A DNA stretch of 64,000 bases from Oopsacas minuta (GCA_024704765.1 JAKMXF010000306.1:186001-250000); one strand, 5' to 3'; counted from the first letter of the stretch, positions 37,505 through 52,483 are shown. Numbers and translations: made by a program. The notes: generated by a model from the letters alone, not told the origin.

Positions 37505-40132
37505 CACTACGTAACAAATTTTTATGAAATCTTTGTTTGGCTTGATATTTTGATTGTTTATGGATAATTTTGAGGCGCTGATTCCGAAAATACAATTAGT
37601 TTTTTTCTATCATCGATCGTTAGCTTTCAGGAAGCCTATTTATATGAGCAGGTTATACGCTTAGCCAACCCAGCAAAAACGTACGTCACAATCAAAATCT
37701 TTTGTGCTATAACAATAAAGATAACAAACATTTTGCACTCCCTTCACTGTCTCTTGTCTTTTTAAGCTCTGGGAGACACTTAAAGTGTCTGCGAATGCAC
37801 AACTTAAACAGCATCAGAATTCCAGGCTGGGGTAGGATTGCAAAACTTAGAAATTTCGTTCTTGCGTATAGTTTATTTGCTATCCAGTACCTTCACTTGG
37901 AAAGTATTTACTTATATTAATACTATAGGCTACCAGCAGCTAGTATAAGCATAAGTATAACTGCCTTTAGCAGAGAGGCAGAAATAACTTGCTGGTTGTT
38001 CTTACGTTAAGTTAGTGTTTTTCAAATTTAGAAATTGCAATGGCTAGTAGACAATGCAAGAATTCACCTGACTCATTTTGCTATGTTTGTGGATATTATG
38101 TTGGTGACAAACATGTTTCAAATAAAATATCAAAAGAAGCTAAGTATTGGGAAGCGTATAGACTGTATTTTGGGATGTCCATTGGGGATCAGGAAAAGGC
38201 CTGGGCCCCACATGTGATTTGTGGCAGCTGTCGATCTAATCTTGAAGCTTGGTTGAGGGGTTCCGCTAGAGTTATGCCATTTGCTATTCCAAGAGTTTGG
38301 AGAGAGCCACAAAACCATCATGATGATTGTTACTTTGGTATGGTAAATATTGCTAAGTACCGCAAGGTTAAGGGAAGAAGAGCACTGACTTATCCAAGTA
38401 TACCATCATCCATTGCACCTGTTCCTCATAGTGAAACTTTACCAGTTCCAAAACCACCAGCAAATGTAAGTAGTTTTATGTTTTATAATATAAGGCTACG
38501 CTAGCTTATATGCTGTAAGGGTGACCCACAATCTGCATCTTGTGTTTTATTCTTGTCATTTTAGTTGGAGTTTAATACTGAATGTGAAGACTCGATATCA
38601 AGTGAAACTTCGGATGCTGAGGAGGAGTATCTCCAATCAACAAGTGCAGATCGTCATTATCCTTCTAAGAGAGAATTAGATGACTTAATACGAGATCTGC
38701 AACTAACAAAATCTGCAGCAGAGCTATTGACGTCAAGATTAAGCGAGTGGAATTTGCTGCGTGATGATTGCAAAATAACTGCTTACAGGAAGAGGCACTT
38801 GGACTATTCTGTTTACTTTGATGTAATACAGGATCTGTGCTATTGCAAAGATGTGAATGGTTTGTTTGATGCTGTTGGAATTGAACATGACCCTTCTCAG
38901 TGGCGACTTTTTATTGACAGTTCCACCAAAAGTCTTAAAGGAGTTTTACTTCATAATGGGAACAAATATCCGTCAATTCCACTTGCTTATTCAATACAAA
39001 TGAAAGAAGACTATGAAAATGTCAAGCAACTACTGCTTAAAATAAACTATGCTGAATTTAACTGGCAGCTCTGTGGTGATTTTAAGATGTTGGGGTTTTT
39101 GTTGGGACTGCAGGGTGGTTACACCAAATACTCATGTTTTCTTTGTTTGTGGAACAGCAGAGCTGATGGAGAGCACTACTCGAAGATTCAATGGCCGCCA
39201 AGAAAAGAATTAATGCCAGGAAAATACAATGTCATCAAAGAGCCACTTATATGCCGGGAAAAAGTTTTACTACCACCTCTTCATATAAAACTAGGTTTAG
39301 TAAAGCAATTTGTTAAAGCTTTGGATTTTGAAGGAGAAGCTTTTCAAGAAATCCGTGCAATGTTTCCAAAATTATCAGATGCTAAACTAAAGGGAGGAAT
39401 ATTTGTTGGTCCCCAAATAACCACCATGTTAAAGTCAAGAACCCTGGAGGGTAAAATGACCGAAACAGAAAGAAAAGCATGGCAGGCATTTCGTGATGTA
39501 GTTAATGGCTTTTTAGGAAATAACAAAGATCCTAATTATGAAGAGATAGTGAATACTCTGATCACAAGCTACCAAAAGATGGGATGTCGCATGTCGTTGA
39601 AACTTCATTTTCTATGCTCTCATCTTGACTTCTTTCAAGAAAATTTGGGGGATTTCAGCGAGGAACATGGCGAGAGATTTCACCAAGATATTCAGCTAAT
39701 GGAAAGACGGTATCAGGGCCGCTGGGACAGTGCAATGATGGGCGATTACATGTGGTTTTTGATAAGGGAAGACATTTCTGGTCACAAAAGAAAAGCTCGT
39801 TCAACAGTTCATTTTTGAAGTATTTTAACTCTCTAACATGAGTGCGTTTTGTTTTCTTTAGGACTTGTAATCAGCAATGTACTGTTTGGTAATGATTTTC
39901 ATGTTCAAATTAACTTATCAACACATCACTACGTGTTTAAATCTATTACAAGAGCTGTAGGTAAATTTGCATATAATGAACAACACAACTTGTTCGGAAA
40001 AAGCAAAAAGTGTAAATACGTCAAAAAGCATTGATGATATGGAAAAACTAACACGATTTTTGAATTCAGCGACGCAAAAAACATAAGGGAACATCAAAAA
40101 TTGAAGCCAAACAAAAATTGTGTTACGTAGTG
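37505..40132 (+). mobile_element. Chapaev3-type DNA transposon, copy 2, 2628 bp
   Basis: Same termini and TTA TSD as copy 1. I noticed only one substitution and one A-run indel relative to copy 1, both in the 5' non-coding part. Confidence 0.85.
38040..39818 (+). CDS. Intact two-exon transposase, join(38040..38465,38565..39818), 559 aa
   Basis: Translations are identical to copy 1. Confidence 0.88.
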
Positions 40133-40704
40133 TTATTTATCATTATTTATTTGCTAAAACATTAGTTGTCTTTCTCTCTTCACGAAACTATGTAAATGGA
40201 AATCATTCCGTTATGTGGGTAATACATATTTGTGTTATTATTGTTCATTGCTTTATGCAATTGAATTCTATATTGTATTCATTTGCTGGTGCATATCCTA
40301 CTATATATACGGCAACTGTGAGGTGTTGATTTGGGACTAGGAGTGATTCGCTGTGCCCTTATTCACTAAATTACTTAATTGTTGGAGGAAATGTATTGAT
40401 AAATTATTTAAGTATAAGTTCCCTCATGACCTACTAAAATAAGGCTATACATGCTGCCGAATCATGGTAAAAATAATCGTCCAGTCTTTCAAGGTAGAAA
40501 TTTGCAAAGGCTGATAAACTGAAAAATACGTTTGATAGGCCTTAATAATGTATTATCAGTAGATAGAAACGTTCAAAACATACATATAGCTTGTCAAATA
40601 TGTGATTAGTCCTTTTATAGTCGCGGGATGTGCTATGGTAGAACAGATGCAAGTTTCTGAACTGTGTTTAGACATTGTTTTAAATAACTATAATGTGTGA
40701 TAGG

Positions 40705-41190
40705 TGTATACTATGATGAATTAATGTAGTTGATTAAAAAAAAATCGATACTATAACCGGAATGTGATCACATTCCTATGTAGCTAAGGGAATGCATTTT
40801 GTTATTCAAATCGATCCATAGTTGATACAGTGTTGCCGCAATATCTTACTACCTATTAACAAATAATGTACTTAAATGGCGTACATTCAATATATTTTTA
40901 GTTATCACATTTTTATCACATTTTGTATACCTTCATTTCATGTTTTTCAAATTTAATGAACACAAAAGATATTGAATATACGCCAGTTAAATATATCATT
41001 CGTCAATAGGAAGTAAGATATTACGGAAACATTGCGCCAACTATATATCGATATGATTTATAGTTTTTAGTTATGGCTTCAATGTAACATGAGTATTCCT
41101 TAGCAACACATGAATGTGATTACATACAGATATGTTATCGAATCTTTTCGAATTAACTATATGAATTAATCATAGTATATCAATCACCAT
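40705..41190. repeat. Foldback/MITE-like long imperfect inverted repeat
   Basis: The arm at 40762-40895 pairs with 40965-41125, e.g. AATATCTTACTACCTATT / AATAGGAAGTAAGATATT. Confidence 0.7.
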
Positions 41191-42699
41191 AGCCTGCTAA
41201 ACATAAGGCCTGATCACTACTTTGGATCATGGATAAGTGGAAGTGGATATATTTTGATCAGTAAATCTATAATCCTCGATAATAAGAAACTGGTACACTT
41301 TATTAAATATTAGCTTTATGGCTCAAATGCCTACGGATTGCCAACTAAATACTAATATTGTTGTATTAGCAACGTAATAATGTGATTAAGCTATTAATAT
41401 TTCGCCCTATCACTCAGAATACTCGAATAAATAATTTGTTTTCTTCAGAACATATATTAATCAATTATTCGAAGCTAGTCAATATTATGTCGGTGTAAAG
41501 AGTGTGAACATTTTATGTTGGCGTTTACCTTTTGTGAGTGGGGACTATGATATGTGTAAATTCTAATAATTTGAATTCCGTAGTGCCAATTGTTAAACAA
41601 AAAATGGTGCTAATGAAGCCGATGGCGTATAGTTTAAGAGATAGTTAGTATTGAACGTATTGTCAACTGCTCTCAAAATTTGCAAATTTTCGCAAAAATT
41701 CGAATGAAAATAGTTGAGAAACAAGAGCTGATTGAGAGAAACTGATTATATTTTCGGAATCAGTACATTTGATATCCCTACGTTGAGCAATATACTCTGT
41801 GCAGTCAAACATATTTTCACATAACTTTGTTAACCCGTTTATACATATTTTATATCCTGTGTTATATACTTACATATTCAATGTTTCATCCAGACATTGT
41901 GGCGTATGTAGGTAAACTACATTGCCTGGCTATGTAGGGGTCCACTCATGATCTAATTGGAGCACCTGGGATACAAAGGTGGACAAATGCACGCATCTGT
42001 ATATTTTGATCGAATTCGTTGTAGAACTTTGATCAAATTTTCTTATGTCGAACTTTGATTGATTAATGAAAAAGGTATATTTTGATCCAAGTTCCACAAA
42101 AATGTCTTCAGTCGAACTTTGTTCGAAACGAGAGACTAACGAGAACTTTGATCGAAAAATTGTCGTGCTCCACAACACCAAAATATTCAAGGGGGCACCC
42201 CCTGACTCCTCATGTGATGCCACAATGCACAGGACTCGACTGATTTCACTCTAGGACGTGCTAGCACTTTATATTTTATGCATTAGAACCGAGTACCATT
42301 GGGAGGTGATTAGGGATTTAATTCGCTACCTTATGGCTCTTGGAGTTTTATTTGTGTTCTTTATCAGCTACTATACTAGGGGACGAGAGTGCAGAATTTA
42401 TGCTAATTTTATGATTGGGTGGATTTTTGTTGTGTTGATTGTTGGAAAAGTTTGTAAAATGGCGGATAGTTAGATTGTTTTGTTATCCATTCTCCATTTT
42501 TTATGAAATTGAGACTATGTTTTAGCCTAAGTTTCTAAAAGATAATCATCACAAGCCTTGAAATACGAAGTGATTTATCCAAACGTGTCTATAGACTAAT
42601 TTTGATCTTATAGCCATTACTCTGGATCACTAACTTCTGACGTTTTGGCATATATTACCGATAAGGTCTCAAAAATTCGGGTTCTATAGAATCCCAAAT

Positions 42700-43610
42700 A
42701 GAGAGAAGAGTTTCTTCAAGTCCACTAGGATTACGAGGAGGGTTCAAATTGATCTGATGTTTGATTCAAGCCCCCAATTTTCGATCGGGTTTAGATCTGG
42801 GCTACAAGCAGGCCATTCCATACAAAATATATCATGACTTTTACGGAAAGTCTTATCAACCATTGACTTGTGCTTTGGATCGTTGTCTTCCTGAAAGACC
42901 CAACCGTCATGGTACAATACCTGAGCTTGTGTGATCAGACACTTGTTTAGGATGTTCGTGTATAATTTTCCGGTGAGGTTCTGCCCAAAAACTTCGATGG
43001 AATGGTCCCATGAGCCGAAATTACTCCCCAAACATGTAATTTTGGACTATGTTTGTTGCTTTGCTTGACCGCTTGTTGGTCTCCTTTGCCCCACAGCCTT
43101 ATTCTACCACCATTTAGCCAAATTGGCATCTCATCGCTAAAAAAACTCGCTCCCAGTCAGTTTGTTTGTTATTCTTAGCCCACAATACTCTTTGTTGTTT
43201 GTGACGATACCTTAGCACAGGAATAGTCCTTGCAACCTTGTGGGTGTACCCTCTCCTCTGTAGTTCCTTCCTGACCGTCTCATGGGATAAACTTTTCTGA
43301 CAAAGATGATTGAATCGACTGGCCAATTTTCGTATGGACATCTTGCGATTCTAATTTGCCAATCTTACAAGAGATTTAGCATCGTTCACATCTAATAATC
43401 TCTGTTTTTCGGTTCCAGATTTCCTCTGTATATCACTGCCCTGACAAATTTGGCTAATATGCAGAAAAAACTGCACCTAAGGATAGCTGTTCGCTGATGT
43501 ATTTCGCTACCACTTGTAACCCCTGTATCGAATAATTTGGGGATGAGGTATCTTCGTTCTAACTCCACCACACTGATTACGTATTTCGACACAAGGCTAA
43601 TATGAGCCAA
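42700..43610 (-). pseudogene. Tc1 (DD34E) transposase relic; termini not identified
   Basis: Four frameshifted ORFs with WERVF, KLHVWGVIS and FQEDNDPKH...WPACSPDLNPIEN (34-residue spacing). Confidence 0.85.
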
Positions 43611-44206
43611 AGACTGATTTTGGAGCCGTCTATAGAAATATAGTAGATATTTTCGGGAATGTGTGTCCTATGTGACAGACTGATAGGTTGTTCGTGTATT
43701 CTAGAATCAATTAACTAGTGGTAACCTGATATACATGTATAAATGAATCAGAAAATAAATGCGTTTAATATGTAACCATAGCAAATGATAAAATTCTGAA
43801 AATATTCACAATTACACGAAAGTCTCAATTTCATCTTCATAGACTGTATTACAAACAATACTGTGATGATAGTAGAACGCCCAAAATACTTTTCAGAAAT
43901 CTTGTATCAAACATTCTCCTTGTAAACTATATCCTAGTTCATAACCTAAATACAGATATATATGTTTCAAATATGGTATGTCTGCCTAAGTGTAAGATAG
44001 ATGGATATGTAGCTTTCTTCTTGAAATTAATATGAAATCTCTTTATTTTACATTTTTAGAGACTTTTTATTGTTTTTCAAATTGTCAAATACACATCGCT
44101 AAAATAATTATCAAACCCTACAGGCAATGGATCACCTTTTGATAAATTATGAAGTTCTAACTTTGGTGGATCATTACTGTAGAAATTATCGACATTATAT
44201 CTGAAT

Positions 44207-44679
44207 CAGGGTTGGAGTTTAACCCGGGTTGAATAGGTTTACTCCCGCCCAGTGGGTATAACCCGGTTTAAACCGGCTTTTACTAATTTAACCCGGGTTA
44301 AATTGTGAGCACAGTAAATATTCAAAGTCTTCATAAATAAAGATTTGTAATCGTATAATTGACTTAAAACCAGACGATATTTGGTAAGAATTTTTGCATT
44401 CATTCCAAATAATATATTAATTAAATAATATTAAAATTAAGTTTGCAAAAAGGGGAAATACACTTCTATAGTTTGATTAATCAAATTTTAGTCTGGCAAT
44501 CCTAAATTAGAGTCTCAAGCACAGTTTAGGTGGTTTACCCAATTCCATGAGGTTTTCCACAGTGAAATAACCAGTTTTGACCATAAAATCGAGTTTAACT
44601 CAGTTGAACCCATTAAATAGGGTTAACCCGTTTTCAACTATGGTTTAAACCGGGGAGTGGGTTAAACTAACCAACCCTG
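44207..44679. mobile_element. hAT-type MITE, 473 bp
   Basis: TIR CAGGGTTGG with 8-bp TSD ATCTGAAT; subterminal AACCCGG/TTAAACC repeats. Confidence 0.9.
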
Positions 44680-46779
44680 ATCTGAATCCCTTATGAAAAA
44701 CTAAACAAGGTGATCTAATAATCTACAACAGTGTTATGGTTTTTCCTTGGATAGGAAATCAATTATTAACACCCTATATAGTATATATTGTCTAAATTGT
44801 CATCCATGGTTTCTACCGTAACTCAAACACAAGTCCATTTTTGTGTTCCATATTTTTGATATTTTCTAAAAGTTTTATAGATCATCTCATACATTCACGT
44901 CACTTTGAGATCAAAAAGTAATATTTTATGGCCTACATGGCTTCAAAGATTGGTATACTTTACTAATTAAAGTTTACTCGATACAACTTTGATCAATTCT
45001 TTGAATTTTTTAATATTGATTCGTATACGATATAACATTCTGCAAGTGTTTAATGCATGTATTTAGATAATAATGCACTGTTTCTGTAATGAAGAAACCA
45101 TGTATATACATGTTTCAGCTAAAATTGCATCCATGGCCTCAAATTTACTAGTTACTTTTAGACTTTATGTTAGTAAGCTATGCTTATAATCAATTCTTCC
45201 TTCTAACATCATTGGACATTTATTTTACCATTTTGATATTGAACCGGACTGTAGATGGGATACCAATTGAAGAAACCAATTACATATTCTGAAATAAGCA
45301 TGGGATAAACATGTGGAGCCTACAATACCAAGCTAATTATTGTAGTATTTTGTCAAATGTAATACTGTTCAAAATGTCTCTTAAATTAAGAATACCCATT
45401 TTTTCATTCTTCCCTCGCAACGAAAGAATTCCCCAGTAATGTAGCAACAATCCAATTTCAAATATTGTCCTATCCCCTTTGAGTGTCCCCTCTTTCAGCG
45501 CTCAACTATATGATTTTACTGGCCTGAATTTACTTGAGATATTTTTAAGAATTGATTTAATTGCATTTGTCCTTATATTTACTTATGAATTGAAACCATT
45601 ATCTTGCGACACATTCTTAAAATAAATCTATTTCAAATGTTTTGATGAGCTATTATATAAATATTAACATCTTGATTTTAAAAGAGCCTAAATCATCTGA
45701 AGGATGGCTATACGGAAATCCTATAATTGGAAAATTATGAGAGTGTTTAGTTTGTCCTAAGATCACACAACTATATCGGCCTTATATTTATGCCATCTCT
45801 GAGATCCACTGTCATGTATTACCTACGTCAAGCCTACTGTGCAGAATCCAGGAATTGTTGGTGGGTTTATTATCCAATTGGGGGTGCTGGAAGACCCCAG
45901 TGCGTCCCTGAACTTCAAGCCCCATTTACCACACCTTTCATTGCCATTCTACTGTAGGTAAGTTCAAAACTAGTAATTTTTTCTCCTGCTGAAAATTGTC
46001 ATTTAGCTATTAAGGTTTTGTTTCAGTATTCACGCACATTGGCTCATTGTGTATGTGAATATGTTGTAAATTTGTGCGATGTATTTTCAATTAATTAGCT
46101 ACTTATCAGTTTTTGTTCAACCTTAGCATACGTTTTAGCAGCAAACTTAGTGTTATTCTCTCATCTACATCCACCCACCTCAAGCTCAAATTTGGCACAA
46201 TTTGAGGTTCTGGGTATAAATAATAGGAATACAAATTGAAAAGTACTGAATTTTCAACAAGATCAATTGCAACCTTTCACACAAATGCTAAATTATCTTT
46301 GTTCTTTGGATGAACACAAAATTTCATACCCTTCCTAACTTAGCTTTCGCAAACTTTGCGAATAATTTCTCTTTGAAAGTAGACTCATTTTATTTAATTA
46401 TTGTGAAAATACACTTGTTTATATCATTTCAATGGATATGCTTTGAGTTTGTTATTTTCGCATACGTTGTAATTGGTAATTACCCGACTTCTTTATCAAT
46501 ATCTACAAACCGAGCAAGATATAAAGACACTTGAAAAGTCGTCATCTTGAGTATTTAGAAAAGGATCCTTCCTTTAAAGAATAGAAAATGGTTTAAAACG
46601 GTCAAGACGCATTTGTTTTTATTGAAGCCTCATATGTTGTTTCGTTACGAATTGCAAGAGCAAGGCAACCTAACATGATTGGAGAGGATCTAATTTTCCT
46701 TTATTCGAATGATGTATTTCGACTTGTTTAGGCGATGAGCATGCCAGAGGTTAACAATTTGCAATAAAATATTATTTGA

Positions 46780-48254
46780 TATCTTAGAAATACGTCGACA
46801 CTTCATAGACGTATTTCTGAGATGTCGAACAATATTTTATTGCAAGTTGTAAACAGTTAAATAATGCACTTATAAATTGTTCTCATTACACCTTGATGAG
46901 TCGACTGATGTTTCTTCATGCTCACAATTATTTGTCTACTTTCGTTATGTATATGGGGAAAATTCAAGGGAGAGATTTAGCTTATACTTGAAACAACTAC
47001 GAAGGTACACTATGTGTTCGTATTGATTGAGACTATTTTCAAGAGAATTGAATTGAATGGAAGAATTTGTGTGGAATTTGCACCCACGGTACACCACTAA
47101 CAATCCTTGGTTCGGGTTCTCGTTTCCAAAAGCTTTTTAAGAATAGATCACCATAGGTCACCGGTATTTCTTGCATGATCCATAGGCAAGCACTAGCTTG
47201 TAAAACTCTGTCACCACATATTATTACAGTAATTACATTAGTCATTAAAATAGTCAATTATCAACTCGAGTGCGCGTAACACTCGCCTTTTCGGGAAATT
47301 TGCGAAGTTATGACTGCTAACCATCAGACTATACTTTCCACAGACACATGTAAGGTGGCTTTCTAAGGGTAAAGTCCTTAAACGAGTGTTAGAGTTGCTT
47401 CCCAAGATCAAATTATTCCTTGATCAACATGGCAAGCATGAATTTTTGGCACAATTAATGATCCTAGAAGCGCTTTATTTCTTGTGTATCTCGTGGATAT
47501 CCTTGAACGCATCAATACATTGAACCTCTCACTTCAGTGGATAGAACACTACACATTTGATTTGAGTGTTAACTCAAAGATTCCAAATGAAACTTCAATA
47601 TTGGGGAAGGAAAATTGACTCAGGAAATATATGTATGTTTGATAGATTGTCCGATTATTTCGAAAATGGGATAGTGATTTAAAGACCATGATCTCTGACA
47701 CCTTACGACGCTAGATGAATAATTTTCTCATTATCATCCTGAGCGGAAGGACTCAGCAGATTTTTAATTATTGAAAAGTCCTCACTATATCTCTCCAAGT
47801 AATCCTAGATAACAATGATTGGGCACATGATGAATTGATTGATCTTATTCATGATGTATCTGCCAGAGAACTATTAAATGAGAGGTATTGGGTTCCTTTT
47901 GTTGTTTATTGTACGATTCCTATCCTACTCTAACCAACAGTATCGTTGTTTCCTTTCCCTACTACTTACCTTGTGAATCAGGTTTTTCAACTCTGTTACA
48001 AATTTGCACTAGCAGTAGCAACAAATTGAAGGTAGTAGTTGATATTCGTTGTGACTCGCAGACACGGAGCCCGAAATTTATGCTTTAGTTAAAGTAAAGC
48101 AACTACACCCATCTCATTAATGCATTTTGTTAAACATCGTATTTGTAATAACTATTTGTCTATTTGATTAAATATATGTGGACTGAAAAATTGGGCCCGT
48201 GAATTCATTTGACAATTTGTTAAGGGATTGCCAGGCGAAATGATAAGGACCACT
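46780..48254 (+). pseudogene. Degenerate hAT (ZBED5/Buster-like) transposase and 3' end
   Basis: LDESTDVSSCSQL, SCMIHRQALACKTL, VRWLSKGKVLKRV, CESGFS and terminal KQLHPSH*; 3' end ...TAAGGACCACT. Confidence 0.8.
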
Positions 48255-51165
48255 CTAACTGAAGTTAACTAACAGTATATTGCGTGGATAGTCAATCTGG
48301 AATTTCCACGTGAAAGAATGCATTGGCATTTATTCCGCTTTGCGTGTGAAACTTAGTTACCAAGGATTTCCTTTCCCACTTCCAGAGTATATCTCTAGTT
48401 CTAAGGGCTCAGATCACATCTCTTGATATCCCTATTAACTTTGTAAATTATATCTGAAACGCAGTCACTACTTAAAACGTGGCAATTGATGTCATAAAAG
48501 AGGTAGTCAAGCTAAGATATTATAGAATACTAGGAGTCACCAAGTATTCATCTCAAACACTTGGGTAAAGTACTCAATTAACCCACTGTGTTCCTCCCAA
48601 ATCCCATAAAATCTTAATCAAATAAAATCAAATTATCATGGTATGACAAATCCAATTCTCTGCCCGTGCTATATATATACAATAGTTTAACCCTCATATT
48701 TTTTCTTATGTTTTTGAACTAATACTTCTCATTTACTATTCACTGTAATTATGATTTAGAGTTGCATTTATGATTTTATGATCGTTTTGGTTATATTTAC
48801 AATATATTCTTTTTAGCTCTCTTCATTTATATATATGTCAATTTGGTGGTTATGTTCTACGTGTCTATTCTGAATCCTTCATGGAAATTTCGAGTTACTA
48901 CAACGACACTTCGATTTCTGGGCTTCTATCAAATGAACTTACACCTGAGGTCCCTTCACTTGTTACTTGTGGTCAAGGTAACATTACATTATGGCTATTT
49001 AGGTTGATACATTTTATAGTATATTTTTTCTTACTCTCGTTCTTGAATCATTTATTTTCAGCTATTTATGTATGATATTTTACCGCACATTTGTTGTGAA
49101 TTAGTAAGTTTCCACAGTTGGTATCATCATTTGCTACGTTTTTTCAACCCGACACGCTTACTCTTGTTTGTGTTCTCAATATGATATTGATGAATTATAT
49201 AAACTTTTATTTGGACCCAAGTAGATTTAACATTTGCGTTAACAATCTTTGATGATTTCGGTTTCAGTACTTTTTCTCTTTGCCTCTATATTTGAATAAT
49301 CAATTAGTTATTCAGAGATAGAGATCTGAAAGCTTAGATTTGAGTATTCGGAGTCGATTATTGTCGGTTATTAATATTATTTCTACATTACTATGGGTAC
49401 TAAGTAAGTTTGTCGTTGGATATATTCTATGCATACCACTAACTTTAAATGTGCCACAAGATAAATCTACTCTCAATCTAACAATATACAAATATTCAAA
49501 ACCTTTTCTGATTTTAGACATTTCTCCCTGGAGGACTTTCTATTCCGTCACAAACCGCTGATTCCGAAACCTCATCGCTTCAAAACGATCTTTCTCTATC
49601 TTTTTATTTCTTGGTTTATGGAACATTCATAAGTCACAAAGGATTAAGTCTAGATAATATGGTAAATGTTGTAATGTGGATGCTCAACTCTCTTTAATAT
49701 ACACTAAAAGTGCATAATTATTTCAACACAGGTAAATATACAATTACATATCCTGGCTATACTGCAAATATTTGATGATCCATACCATTTTATATCTGAA
49801 ATAACTTAATGAATTTGCTAGTTAACATTATCTTGACTAAAGCCTTACTTTGCTCATTAAATACATAATGTGCTAATTTCATATTCAATTCGTAATTCCG
49901 AAAAAGTATATGAGATGGAACAATTATGATAGCATATTTTATCCTACGGGTTTGAGTTACCCCAGTATGATCATTTCGTAAATTTACAGCAATTCTTATG
50001 GACTTATTAGCGCTTTCATATTTGTGCCATAAATTGCACATATCAGATATATATGCACCACTTCGTATGTGAATAATCGACTTATTTCCAACTAAAAGTC
50101 AGTTTAGAGTATCTGAAATTATTTTCATTTAGTATTACATACTGGTGCAATTTTCTAGTGATGTGCCACTTTTGTCACATGTGGCACAAACATTATAATG
50201 CTAAAAAGTCAAAGGAATATTCTATACGCAATTGAAGTATATGTATCCTGAGGTAATTCATGCCGATAGAATTCATATATGCTATCAGAATTATTCCATC
50301 TCATTTGAGTTTTGCGCAAATTCGAATTGATTATGTAATTTGCTCATCATCTATATAACTGAATACTGCAGGGAAATTTTAGCATTTTAAGAGGTAAAAA
50401 AGGTGCTGGAATCTCGATTTGGGTCCGGGAATTGGTTTGAATGAAGTGGTAAAATTCACATGTTCCTTCCGTTTCGAACAAACATTTCGTCCAGTAATCG
50501 GTTAATGAGCAAAATGTGGCAATATTTAAATCTAATTAAATACTTTTTCAAATATGCATATCCCCAATATAGCCAAGATATGTAATTGTACATTTGCTTG
50601 CGCTGAAATACTTATGCTGGGTTTGTGTACTCCATTATCAGGACACAGTGAACAAATCCATTGCCATTCAAAGAACTGCTAAACTAATCATAAGCCCGCC
50701 AAGGCCTGCGTATCGATACCGAATTTCACGAATCTGTTTATCGAGTCCGCAGCCGCGGTTTATGTTGATTCCAGCTTTCATCTTTTCCGTACCAATACAT
50801 CGGCTTTGCCAGTATTCTAACCAATATCTTTGAACATTCAGAAATTGGCCTAGCTCTATTGTTCTTGTGTGGCAACCTGACCGGTAGCAATGAAATCTAC
50901 CTAGTTTGAATAGGATCGCACATATCGATTGGTAAAATGTGAAAATTCGCTTGCACATATAGTGTAGTAAAATTGAGTTTGAATTGACATTACTTTTTGT
51001 AGGATATGATTCATCTCCTTCAGTATCATTTCTAACTTAAAATTTTATTTCCTTAAGCTCACTTTCCATCAAATTGACTTCTGTATAGCGGCCACCTTAT
51101 CAATGTCTCCAGTTTCCACTATTTTATGGGTTTACAGACACTATCTATTAGGGTCACAACCTCTA

Positions 51166-52483
51166 CAGGGTGTCTCAAAAGTTTTTTCCTCCTCAGTACT
51201 TCGATTGAAGTCATTATAAATCGAACAGTATTGTTTACTAACCGACCATTTTTCAGATTATTATTAGTCTATAGTAGTCCAATACTACAATGACTACTTC
51301 ATTTCTTATTTGATAATCTGTTTATATTTTCGATATTTTTTCTCAACCCTCACAAATTTCATACATGGATGTCATGAAACCGAGATTTGCTGTTCGAGAG
51401 CGAGCGATTGGCATGATTGAAGTGGGTTCAACACCGAAAACAGTCGCGAATACTCTTAGAGTCACAATTCGGACAGTTCGGAACTGGTATAAAAGGCATA
51501 GAGCTGGATATTTGCTTGATGACAAGCCCCGGTCTGGACGTCCGACGAAGCTTTCCCGGATTCCGAAAATTATGATTCGAAAATCAATCGGGAAACGCTG
51601 CAATTCAACCCGAAATCTTGCGAAATATATCTCGTCTAAGTCGGTGACCGTTATCACGCGACACAATCGGAGCGAAGCCTATAAAAGACCCTCATACCCG
51701 AAATTGACTGAGAAACAAAAGGCAAAGAGGCTAGAATTCTGTCAGGAACGCAAAACATGGACTGGTCGTGATTGGGAAAGAGTTCTTTTTAGTGATGAAA
51801 GCCCTTTTGGGCTTTCCCATCCGACTAATAGGCAGAATGATCGTGTTTGGGACATTAATCCGCGCAACATTACCCCAGTTGAATCAGTCAAACCCCCCCC
51901 GAAAATGATGGTCTGGGGAATGATGAGCCGGCCAGGGCTATCAGAACTGCACTTCATCCCCCAAAGCGCTCAGTGAATACTGACTACTATATTAATGAAA
52001 TCCTGGAGAAGTTTTGTCTCCCTACCTTTAAGTGTAGAAAGACGAGGGCCCCACTTACCCAAAGGAAAATGTGTCGAAAGATGTCCGAGACAATTTTCAT
52101 GCAGGATGGCGCCCCTGCCCATACAGTCATAAGGACCCAGAAATGGCTTTCAGAGCATCTACCTGGCTTTTGGGAGAAAGGTGTTTGGCCTAGTAACTCC
52201 CCAGATTTAAATCCCATCGAAAATCTTTAGTCTATTATGCAAGCAGAGCTAGACAAGAGAAAGCCCGCTACAAATTTAACACAGCTCGGAAAATATTTGG
52301 AAAATATATGGAATGGGATTAGCCCGTCGATACTTGAGAATTTAGTTGATGGGATGCCAAGTCGAATTAATTCATGTATATAACTTAATTGTAACTATAT
52401 AGGCAAATAATTCGATGAATCTATCTAAGAAATTCTATATTATAGTGGTATTCATAAGACGAAAAGACTTTTGAGACACCCTG
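51166..52483 (+). mobile_element. Tc1/mariner-superfamily element with a DD37E triad, 1318 bp, frameshifted
   Basis: TIR CAGGGTGTCTCAAAAG with TA TSD. Motifs FSDES and MQDGAPAH...SPDLNPIEN (37-residue spacing). Confidence 0.9.
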
